This document shows positions 1 through 7,625 of a stretch of DNA of 11,446 bases, in pieces (position 1 is the first letter of the stretch; each line of letters starts with the position of its first letter). The notes beneath the pieces were generated by a model that did no database searches, had not been told where the DNA came from, and saw only the letters and a program-made list of their open reading frames with translations. Where the stretch lies: the NCBI GenBank assembly GCA_029856125.1, contig JAHQWJ010000008.1, positions 1-11,446 of the forward strand, read 5' to 3'. Position numbers and translations under genes: made by a program. The DNA is from Promethearchaeia archaeon (GTDB lineage Archaea; Asgardarchaeota; Lokiarchaeia; Sigyniarchaeales; SOKP01).

Positions 1-2
1 AT

Positions 3-128
3 GATTACGATATTCCTTGTTTAATTATAACCGCGGATCAAAACGATGCCCGCAAGTTTAACGAAGTTCAGATAACAAATCAAATAGATAGTTTTATTGA
101 GATATTAGAGAATCGAAAGAAAAAATAA
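3..128 (+). CDS. 3' end (5'-truncated) of 2-hydroxyacyl-CoA dehydratase / benzoyl-CoA reductase subunit family protein
   Basis: Not in the ORF track. The frame from base 3 reads DYDIPCLIITADQNDARKFNEVQITNQIDSFIEILENRKKK* (TAA 126-128), matching the typical HgdA/B-FldB/C-BcrB/C C-terminus (IP-L-I--D--D-R-F---QI---I--F-E-L). Confidence 0.75.
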   Translation, partial: DYDIPCLIITADQNDARKFNEVQITNQIDSFIEILENRKKK

Positions 129-139
129 AGATTAGTTAA
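127..139 (+). repeat. 13-bp direct repeat copy 1 (AAAGATTAGTTAA)
   Basis: Identical to 851-863; both copies follow an A-run. Confidence 0.7.
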
Positions 140-160
140 TCGGTAAAAACATTTTTTTAT

Positions 161-637
161 TCACTTTGAAGCTAACATTTTTAATCCATTAAGATCATAT
201 CCAAAAGTTCTTTTTAAGCACCGATCTGCTTGTGTTTCAATCGTGCTCTCAGAAAAACTCATTCCTCCAAGATCGTAAAGCAGATTCTTTGGTGTGTCAT
301 ATTTTTGAGGATTTTTTTTTATTAACATCACTGCCTTCGATAAATAATAATGATTATCCGCCTTAGAGTTGATTAGTGTCATAAATTTTTCTCTTTGGTT
401 TTCGAACTGAATAGGTAATATACCGTCACAAACTAAATTTATTAACTCAGTGAATGTAAAGCCCTCAAACCTGTTTTTAATTATTCTTGACCCTTTTTTT
501 AAGGATTTTTCAGAATAATTTTCTTTTAATCCAATTTCTACAAGAAAATCGTAAATGCTTATAGAATTACCTTTAAATCTTAATATATCTGCTGCTCTAG
601 CCCAGTAAATTGAATCGGGATAATATTTATTATTCAA
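161..637 (-). CDS. Hypothetical protein with two tandem AraC-like helix-turn-helix repeats (start uncertain, possibly a gene remnant)
   Basis: 158-aa ORF with a TTG start; the frame stays open to 685. Internal repeat: IYWARAADILR..IG..YSEKS..RIIKNRFEGFTFTEL versus YYLSKAVMLIK..LG..FSEST..RCLKRTFGYDLNGL. Confidence 0.55.
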   Translation of the reverse strand: MNNKYYPDSIYWARAADILRFKGNSISIYDFLVEIGLKENYSEKSLKKGSRIIKNRFEGFTFTELINLVCDGILPIQFENQREKFMTLINSKADNHYYLSKAVMLIKKNPQKYDTPKNLLYDLGGMSFSESTIETQADRCLKRTFGYDLNGLKMLASK

Positions 638-642
638 TTCTA

Positions 643-750
643 TTAACGAAATTTTATGCTTTCGAGAAAATCTTTTGGAATTGCATTATTGCATACTTCA
701 CATACTAAAATTTCGTCTCTTCTAATTTTTCTGATATTAGTCTCTACCAT
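643..750 (-). CDS. 35-aa CxxC mini-ORF, or N-terminal fragment of the adjacent gene
   Basis: ATG at 750-748 gives MVETNIRKIRRDEILVCEVCNNAIPKDFLESIKFR* (TAA 645-643), with a Zn-ribbon-like ILVCEVC knuckle. Confidence 0.35.
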   Translation of the reverse strand: MVETNIRKIRRDEILVCEVCNNAIPKDFLESIKFR

Positions 751-850
751 TTCTTTATCACTCTTAAAAAACCTAAATTTACTTTGTTTTTATCGTTAAA
801 CCAAACTCAAGCGGTATTATTCATGATAAAAATCGAGTCTTTATAAAAAA

Positions 851-863
851 AAAGATTAGTTAA
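851..863 (+). repeat. 13-bp direct repeat copy 2 (AAAGATTAGTTAA)
   Basis: Identical to 127-139; 855-869 (ATTAGTTAAAAAATT) is also identical to 8237-8251. Confidence 0.7.
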
Positions 864-996
864 AAAATTCAGTGGTCGATATATTTCCGAAAAAAAATAG
901 CAGGTTCTAAAGATTACAATAAATTCAGATAAATTGGTAGATCATTATAAATACATTAAAGTCTAAAAATTAATTAAAGAAATGAGATAAAAAATT

Positions 997-2016
997 ATGG
1001 ATCTTAAATTCTGTCCCGAATGTGGAACTCCTCTCAAGTCAGAGGATATGAAATTTTGCCCTAATTGCAGAACATTAATCGAAACTGAACCTAAATATCA
1101 ATCCAATACAAACATAAAAGCAAAAAAAAGGGTATGGCAAACTTCTAGCAGCATTTTATTGCTAATGGGTTCTGTTATTGGAATATTGACATTTTTTACT
1201 CCCACAGGAAGCTTTCATTTTGCTGGTCTATTATCATGGGATATGTGGATGTTTGGTTTTAACATATTTTTTGAAGCAGGAGTTGGTACAGATATTTTTT
1301 GGATAGGAAATCGATATCTCCTTACATTTTCAATTATGACTACAATTTTTGTTGTGCTTGGTAATATCATAGCCATTCTCGGTGTTGTAAATCTTTTAAG
1401 AAAGAAAGATTATGCATACATGTTAGCTGGCGCAGGAGCAGTAATGTTAACTGGTTCTACCCTTTTTTATCTAATTTCTTTCGAAGTATATTCTTGGATA
1501 TTTATGGGGGATACATTTTGGGGTTTATTGTACCCTTGGTTTGGTGTTTATGGGCAATTTATTGCAGCTGCGCTCATGCTACCAGCGTTCCTCCTCGCAA
1601 AAAAAGCTTCACAATACAGCGACCCATTAGAAAAAGAAGATCACCAAGAAAAAATGTATAAAATGTTAAAATCAATTATAGAAACTAAATATCTTCCAGA
1701 AAGCGAAAAAAATAGATTGAAGAACGAATTGGAAGTCATCTCCCTTCGACTTAAAGGAGTAGCCGACTTACAAGGGAAAATTATGGAATTAACGACAGAA
1801 AATCAAGGTCGTGTAAATCTCGACGAACCATTAAGATATTTTCAGCAAGCGCTCGAATTAAGTTCAAGCTCGCAACAGAATATCTCAAAAGTAGATTTAC
1901 AATTAGTTGAACAAATAATTGAAGAAAAAGACAAGATTAAAGCCTTGAGATATTTAAAGGAAATATCTTATCATACAACAGTCTTTCTTGGAGAGATTGT
2001 TAAAATTTTCAATTAG
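997..2016 (+). CDS. Zinc-ribbon-containing four-TM membrane protein with helical cytoplasmic C-terminus
   Basis: N-terminal FCPECG..FCPNC zinc ribbon, four hydrophobic segments between about aa 50 and 201, then a charged helical tail. Confidence 0.85.
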   Translation: MDLKFCPECGTPLKSEDMKFCPNCRTLIETEPKYQSNTNIKAKKRVWQTSSSILLLMGSVIGILTFFTPTGSFHFAGLLSWDMWMFGFNIFFEAGVGTDIFWIGNRYLLTFSIMTTIFVVLGNIIAILGVVNLLRKKDYAYMLAGAGAVMLTGSTLFYLISFEVYSWIFMGDTFWGLLYPWFGVYGQFIAAALMLPAFLLAKKASQYSDPLEKEDHQEKMYKMLKSIIETKYLPESEKNRLKNELEVISLRLKGVADLQGKIMELTTENQGRVNLDEPLRYFQQALELSSSSQQNISKVDLQLVEQIIEEKDKIKALRYLKEISYHTTVFLGEIVKIFN

Positions 2017-2063
2017 AGTTAAATCTAAAGCAGAACGAAAGAACAAAAAAAGAGGGATTTATT

Positions 2064-2942
2064 ATGCATTATGATGAAAATACCGTCACAAAAGATCAAC
2101 TTTGGATAGCGCATAAATTTATAGATTCTGTGCTAGAGGGATCACAGTTAACAGAGCCTCCTAAATATGTGATTAAGGGCCTCAATCCAAACGAAGAAAT
2201 TGCGAAGTTAGAATTCCAAAAATTCCAAAAGAATGAAAAAGAAATAAAAAAAATTGACAAGAATATTAAATACCTACGAATAAGTGTAGGAAACTTCGTT
2301 AAGGTTGTTTTTGAATTTAACAAAAATCCTAAGAAATTAATTTGCATGAGCGATGTCTTGGATACGCCAAAAACTTCTTCTATTCCCCGCTATATTTGGT
2401 CTGGAGTTTTAGATTTTCCGGTTGCAAGTCCTTTTCTGTTTGGACGCGTTGCCAAATCCAGTAAGCACGGAGGTGGTGAATACCGCTTTGCTCAGTGTGA
2501 AGACGTAACATTAGAAATTATTGATACTCTTGAACAATTAGAAGAAAAAGCTCCAGATTTGTTTCCGTATAAAATTATTGAGTCCAATCCATTTTTGGAT
2601 CTATTGGGGAGCTTTAAGTTCGTTAAAAAAGTTAAAAATCAGTTAAAATATATATCAGAAGTAACAGAAACAATCCTAACTACGACACAATTGGCAGATA
2701 CATTGAATAAACAAAAGGAATTGATAAAATTCCTGAAGAAAATAGCACATTTTGGTACAACTGATTGGATAAACAATTCAGCAAGAACTGTGAGATTCGC
2801 GAGTGAAGTAGATGTTTCAACCATTTTCATTCCTTATAAGGGAGTAACTTATTTTCATGTAGATCAGTTTGTTAAAACTCCAAAAAAAGAGTTTCAAGCG
2901 ATAAATGCCTTATTGCAATCTTTGGAGCAACTTAATAGTTAG
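2064..2942 (+). CDS. Hypothetical protein (292 aa)
   Basis: Long ORF with an ATG start preceded by GAGGG, 47 bp after the membrane-protein gene. No recognisable motif. Confidence 0.8.
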   Translation: MHYDENTVTKDQLWIAHKFIDSVLEGSQLTEPPKYVIKGLNPNEEIAKLEFQKFQKNEKEIKKIDKNIKYLRISVGNFVKVVFEFNKNPKKLICMSDVLDTPKTSSIPRYIWSGVLDFPVASPFLFGRVAKSSKHGGGEYRFAQCEDVTLEIIDTLEQLEEKAPDLFPYKIIESNPFLDLLGSFKFVKKVKNQLKYISEVTETILTTTQLADTLNKQKELIKFLKKIAHFGTTDWINNSARTVRFASEVDVSTIFIPYKGVTYFHVDQFVKTPKKEFQAINALLQSLEQLNS

Positions 2943-2985
2943 TAATTAATTTAAAGATTTCATGTGGTTGTGACAAAGTCTTTAT

Positions 2986-2994
2986 AAAAAAAAA
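2986..2994 (-). terminator. Putative poly-U terminator for purU (A9 on + strand)
   Basis: T9 on the minus strand, downstream of the purU stop in a convergent gap. Confidence 0.4.
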
Positions 2995-3052
2995 TTTAAA
3001 TTTTCACAAAATTTGTATTCGAACACTTAAAATATCGAAAACAATTATCTAC

Positions 3053-3064
3053 TTTTTTTTTTTT
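3053..3064 (+). terminator. Putative poly-U terminator (T12) for the 997-2942 unit
   Basis: T12 run in the convergent intergenic gap; archaeal intrinsic terminators are U-tracts. Confidence 0.45.
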
Positions 3065-3069
3065 AATTA

Positions 3070-3906
3070 CTACTCAAAAATAATTGTTTTATTATTACTA
3101 ATAAATACTCTATCTTCAAACACAAGTTTTAATGCTTTTGAAAGAGTTATTATTTCTACTTCTCTTCCAGCTTGTTGCATATTTTTTACAGAATACTTAT
3201 GATCCACCTGAATAACTTCTTGGACAATTATCGGTCCTCCATCCAATTCCCCATTAACAAAGTGAGAAGTCGCTCCGATAATTTTTACTCCACGTTTAAA
3301 GGCTTGATTGTAAGGTTTTGCTCCAACAAAAGCTGGTAAAAATGAATGATGAATGTTTATGATTCGATTTTTGAATTTTGCTACAAAATTTGGAGTTAGA
3401 ATTCTCATATACTTGGCTAATACAATGTAATCATGGTTAAATTTTTCGAGTATTTTTAAAATTTCTTCTTCATGTTCTTCTCTGGTTTTATTTTGATTGC
3501 TGAAATAATAAAATGGAATCTTAAACTTGCTGACTAATGATTCTAAATCAGGATAATTACTGATAACGGCAATAATTTCTGCATTTATTTCTTTGTATTC
3601 ATTTTTAATTAACAAATCTCCTAGACAATGATGTTCTCTAGTAACAAATACAATAATTTTCTTTTTTCTGTGTTTGATGAGATCAATATTGGCATTATCA
3701 GGTAAGACATCTCTCAACTGAGTAATAGTGAGGCGTTCATTAACTTCTCCAATGAATTCTGACCGCATAAAAAAATGATCGCTTTCTTCTTCAACAAATT
3801 CGCTGTTACTAATGATGTTTAACTCGTTTTCATAAAGTACACCTGTAATTTTATGGATTAGTCCTTTTTCATCGCTACAATCTACTAAAAGAATATAATT
3901 TTGCAT
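3070..3906 (-). CDS. purU: Formyltetrahydrofolate deformylase
   Basis: N-terminal ACT domain (LLVDCSDEKGLIHKIT..FFMRSEF), HCLGDLL, VLAKYMRIL, INIHHSFLPAF, GVKIIGATSHFV..LDGGPII; 278 aa. Confidence 0.97.
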   Translation of the reverse strand: MQNYILLVDCSDEKGLIHKITGVLYENELNIISNSEFVEEESDHFFMRSEFIGEVNERLTITQLRDVLPDNANIDLIKHRKKKIIVFVTREHHCLGDLLIKNEYKEINAEIIAVISNYPDLESLVSKFKIPFYYFSNQNKTREEHEEEILKILEKFNHDYIVLAKYMRILTPNFVAKFKNRIINIHHSFLPAFVGAKPYNQAFKRGVKIIGATSHFVNGELDGGPIIVQEVIQVDHKYSVKNMQQAGREVEIITLSKALKLVFEDRVFISNNKTIIFE

Positions 3907-4017
3907 TTGTATTTTTTACCAACTCTTATAGAATATATTTCTAAAGGAAAACTATTATTATTTTCTCTTTCGATTTCGTTGGTTTAAAGTAGTTTAATTT
4001 GAAGATTCAAGCAAAAA

Positions 4018-4878
4018 TTACTCTGGAAAGAGTGGTTTAAATTCATTTTCTCTCGCCCTTTTAACGGCGTGCTTTTGTTCTTCATCGTTAAGTTTCTGGT
4101 ATCGTGTAGCGGCATCCAAGATTGATGACCATAACCTCACATCACATGGTAATGAGTAGGTTGTAACTCCTTCTTGGGACAATGTAAACCAAACGGCTTG
4201 ATCAATTAATTCCTGGGATGTTAGAGGTTTGTACCATGTATTATAACTAGCATCTCCATTCCACCGGCTTTTGGAGATAGCTTTAATTGCAGTAACACCA
4301 ATATTTTTCTCGTATGCAATTTCTAGAATCTTCTTAAAATCATTAACGGGACTAGGATGTGCAATTGCTGCTAAATAAACAGGTAGTAAAACCGTATCGA
4401 TATCATCTGATAACTCGAGAGCTTTCTGGAGTACCCTTACGTCGTTATGTGCCGTAATTCCAATGTTTTTTATTATTCCTGTTTCTTTAGCTTCCAAAAA
4501 AGCTTCCATAGCTCCATTTTCTCCTAAAATTTGATCTAACTCCTCCATAGACGAAACTGCGTGAAACTGGTATAAATCAAAATGCGAAGTGCCAAGTTTT
4601 TCTAAAGATCTTTTGAGTTGTCTCCAAGCTCCATTCTTTTTTCTCTTTAATGTTTTTTCTGATAGAAAGAATTTATTTCTATATTTCTCTATCCAAGGAC
4701 GAAGGCGTATTTCTGCGTTACCATAGGTTGGGGAGACATCTATCATGTTTATTCCATGCTCCATGGCAAGCTTTACAGCTTTATCCGCCTCATTTTGGTC
4801 AACATATCCTAACCCACATCCTCCCATCGTAATAAATGTAATCTTAGCTCCGGTTTTTCCAAAAATTCGAGTTTCCAT
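4018..4878 (-). CDS. Aldo/keto reductase family oxidoreductase
   Basis: R-FGKTG N-terminus, GINMIDVSPTYG (catalytic D and Y), SEKT (K), SLEKLGTSHFDLYQFH (H), GIIKNIGIT; GTGAT RBS upstream. Confidence 0.93.
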   Translation of the reverse strand: METRIFGKTGAKITFITMGGCGLGYVDQNEADKAVKLAMEHGINMIDVSPTYGNAEIRLRPWIEKYRNKFFLSEKTLKRKKNGAWRQLKRSLEKLGTSHFDLYQFHAVSSMEELDQILGENGAMEAFLEAKETGIIKNIGITAHNDVRVLQKALELSDDIDTVLLPVYLAAIAHPSPVNDFKKILEIAYEKNIGVTAIKAISKSRWNGDASYNTWYKPLTSQELIDQAVWFTLSQEGVTTYSLPCDVRLWSSILDAATRYQKLNDEEQKHAVKRARENEFKPLFPE

Positions 4879-4933
4879 TTAATCACTTTATTCCATTTAG
4901 GATTAATCTTTAAAACTATCTTTTTAACTTTTT

Positions 4934-4950
4934 ATCAAGAGATACTTGAT
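4934..4950. promoter_or_regulatory. Palindrome ATCAAG-N5-CTTGAT in the divergent promoter region
   Basis: Perfect 6-bp inverted repeat; further ATCAAG copies at 5005-5010 and 5020-5025 flank a TATA-like TATTTAAA. Confidence 0.45.
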
Positions 4951-5093
4951 GCCAAATTGATATTAAAGCATTAGCAAATAATGTTTGTTACTGATTATAG
5001 TACAATCAAGTTATTTAAAATCAAGATATAAAGTTATGAATTAGTATTCAATATTAGAAAGAAAATTAACCAAAAACTATCTGTTTCTTACAA

Positions 5094-6122
5094 ATGAATA
5101 ATATTAATGCAATTTTAGGATTGTTTTTCGCAAATGAAGATGAAATGGTTTATGATAAAATCAGAATTTCTGAGGATCTAACTGAAGAAAGAGAGAATAA
5201 TTTGAAAATGCTCTCTTTTAAATATTTAGGACCTGTATTTTTAACTGAGATGTGTAATAAAGGAAACCCTTGGAATATTGATTTCATTGAATCGGCCTTA
5301 ATTTTACAGATTCAAGGCTCATATAACGAGAAAAAGTTTCAATCATTTTTTAATATAAATTCGTCAAAGGAAACTATAGATGGGGTTGCTAATCTTTCAG
5401 CAATAATAGCATCTCCCTATACAGAAGATATTAAAGAGATAGCTGACGAATTATGTGAATATATCTTACCCGCTTTAATTCAAGGAAAGATTGTAGAGGA
5501 GAATTTTTTAGGAGACAGATTTCAGTATTCTAAATTTATACAGAGAGAATTAAGTCGAGGTTTAAATTTACTTGAATTTTCTCTTGGATCATCAAGAAAA
5601 GTGTATTGGGAAGAACAACGTAATTATTATTGCGTAGGATTAATTGAAAGGATAGTATCTAAATATTATAACGCATCAAATTTGTTCACTTTTGATAAAG
5701 ATAACTCGTTAAGAAAAAGATCTTTAGAATTTATCCCTTCTTATTATGTTATGGCGATCTTACCTGATTACTACGAAAAACTAATAGATGAGACTTTAAA
5801 GTTATTCAATGTCACCACTATATCTCCAAATCTTAGATTAATTCAACTACATTCTCACGAGAAAAAAGTAATTTATATAGAAGAATATGTAGTTGATAAA
5901 AATATCAAAAAGAGCTATGGCGTTATTTTAGTTGAAGAAACTGAAGAATTTAATAATTCGAATAAAATATCTTTCTATAAAAAAAATTTACGATTGTTAG
6001 TAGATCAAAACAAAGATATTCAGGATATTATGTTTAAAATAAATCCTAATTTTAGTTTTAAAAGATGGGATACTCTGTCTAATGAGAGTCTCAACGATTT
6101 GGAAGCAAACCTTGATAATTAA
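5094..6122 (+). CDS. Hypothetical protein, putative tandem longin/uDENN-like domains
   Basis: 342-aa ORF, clearly coding. Both halves show a beta-beta-alpha-beta-beta-beta-alpha-alpha hydrophobic pattern. The fold call is an inference made by eye. Confidence 0.6.
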   Translation: MNNINAILGLFFANEDEMVYDKIRISEDLTEERENNLKMLSFKYLGPVFLTEMCNKGNPWNIDFIESALILQIQGSYNEKKFQSFFNINSSKETIDGVANLSAIIASPYTEDIKEIADELCEYILPALIQGKIVEENFLGDRFQYSKFIQRELSRGLNLLEFSLGSSRKVYWEEQRNYYCVGLIERIVSKYYNASNLFTFDKDNSLRKRSLEFIPSYYVMAILPDYYEKLIDETLKLFNVTTISPNLRLIQLHSHEKKVIYIEEYVVDKNIKKSYGVILVEETEEFNNSNKISFYKKNLRLLVDQNKDIQDIMFKINPNFSFKRWDTLSNESLNDLEANLDN

Positions 6123-6154
6123 GTTAATTGTAAATTAATGAGAAGAATAAAAAA

Positions 6155-7195
6155 ATGGAAAGCGTAGAGTTTGAAAATCGGTATAAAATTGACAAAGAGA
6201 GATTAATTTCTTATTACAACAGGATTAAAAGACAGGATAAAGATCAAACCCAATTAAGCATGATAGCTAAATTTCTTGTCAATCAAACCATTGGGTCGTC
6301 TTATGATGATATTTATGGTATTCTTCTGTATTTCAAAGATAAAATTATAATCGAGAAAAGTTTGTTAGATTTTGCTATGGAATGGATAAGGGCTCAAAAA
6401 ATCCGATTAGAGTACAAAAAATATCTTATCAGAGCACAATATCCACAAAACGACTTAGCGCTTGCTATTGACGATTGCATTTTTCGTTTTTTCCTCGATA
6501 GCGATAAGTATTTGAGAATGTTGCTAAAAACAAATATTCAAGAATATAATTTTTGTGCATTATATGAAATATTCTTTAGTCCTTATGATACTAAAAACCT
6601 AAATATAGAAGATATTTTGCGTAGACACATGCATAATGTTCCTACTCACTTCCATGGAAGTACTAAAATTAATGTAAATACCATAATCCTTCGTTCTGCT
6701 CTATCAAATTTAATTGTAAAAGATTATGAGGATGTCTTATTTTCAAGAAAAGAAGAAGAAGCAATGAAATGTAAGCAAATAAATGGAAATGTTAAACTTC
6801 AAAAAAAATTAATTTACGAATTTAATGGCTCTCTTTTAGAACGAATGATTAAAACTTATTGTATTGGTAAAAAACCAATTTTCCCTAGTGAAATTGAAAA
6901 AGCAGTTAGTCAGTTCTTATCGTCCTATCTTCGCTTCGGCTCATTTTATAAATTTGCAGAATTTAAAGATAATATGACTAAGTGTTTTGCAGAAGATATA
7001 ATTTGTGGGCTAACTGATAATAAAAAAAGCCTGATACAGAAAAATCATATTGTAGCAGCAATTTCTAAAGCTTTACTGGAATTTAATAAAATAAATTGCG
7101 ATTTAGAATTAGATGGACTAGCTTTGAAGAAAGATCTCACACCTATTCTTAAAGATATCGTCATCCATCTAATCGATACTTACCTTAATTTTTAA
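6155..7195 (+). CDS. Hypothetical, mostly alpha-helical protein (346 aa)
   Basis: Long ORF 32 bp downstream of the previous gene, so probably co-transcribed. No TM segment or catalytic motif recognised. Confidence 0.8.
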   Translation: MESVEFENRYKIDKERLISYYNRIKRQDKDQTQLSMIAKFLVNQTIGSSYDDIYGILLYFKDKIIIEKSLLDFAMEWIRAQKIRLEYKKYLIRAQYPQNDLALAIDDCIFRFFLDSDKYLRMLLKTNIQEYNFCALYEIFFSPYDTKNLNIEDILRRHMHNVPTHFHGSTKINVNTIILRSALSNLIVKDYEDVLFSRKEEEAMKCKQINGNVKLQKKLIYEFNGSLLERMIKTYCIGKKPIFPSEIEKAVSQFLSSYLRFGSFYKFAEFKDNMTKCFAEDIICGLTDNKKSLIQKNHIVAAISKALLEFNKINCDLELDGLALKKDLTPILKDIVIHLIDTYLNF

Positions 7196-7370
7196 AAATA
7201 AGGTTCCTAAAAGTTTCTAATTAATCTAAGGTTTATCTTTAGCTTTCTTTGTTTGAATTATTATTTTTAGTTTAATTTTTATTCAAGACTCCAATCAAAG
7301 TTTATTCTTGTAAACTATATCTTGATTCGTATAATAATAATACTTAAGAATAAAATTGGAGGGTGAAATT

Positions 7371-7607
7371 ATGATACAAATTAACCAAGATTTCCAGAAC
7401 GAGAAGAAGATTATACAAATTATGGCTAATTTTACTAATATTAAACCAGAAATAAAGCGTCACAATAAAAAAGTCACTTCATTATTTGAGAATCAAGTAA
7501 AAAATGCGATCTGGCAGGCGCGTGTTAGAGGAAAAGCTCTCTCTACAAACGAATACTATGGTATAGTCAAAGATTTCTGGAAGAAATATTATATTTATGA
7601 AGTTTAG
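7371..7607 (+). CDS. Small basic hypothetical protein (78 aa)
   Basis: The track starts this ORF at TTG 7356, but GGAGGGTGA (7358-7366) is a strong RBS just before ATG 7371, the more likely start. Confidence 0.65.
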   Translation: MIQINQDFQNEKKIIQIMANFTNIKPEIKRHNKKVTSLFENQVKNAIWQARVRGKALSTNEYYGIVKDFWKKYYIYEV

Positions 7608-7625
7608 TTTATTTTTTCTAATTTA

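Noticed and set aside
744-824. Minus-strand MNNTA-TGA-VWFNDK... as a possible selenoprotein read-through
   Set aside because: Read-through gives only 26 aa, with no redox motif, no known selenoprotein similarity and no SECIS seen.
2096-2830. Minus-strand ORFs 2096-2347 and 2639-2830
   Set aside because: Antisense shadows of the 292-aa gene.
4650-4832. 60-aa + strand ORF
   Set aside because: Antisense to the aldo/keto reductase; no motif.
5094-7195. Anti-phage defence or toxin-antitoxin pair
   Set aside because: No nuclease, NTPase, TIR/SIR2, HEPN or methylase motif recognised, and no mobile-element context. It cannot be fully excluded without profile searches.
7356-7370. TTG start given by the ORF track
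   Set aside because: This stretch contains the RBS for ATG 7371.
7371-7607. Histone-fold similarity (VKNAIWQARVRGK)
   Set aside because: It lacks the RKT(I/V)..ED L2/alpha3 signature; the resemblance is too weak to call.
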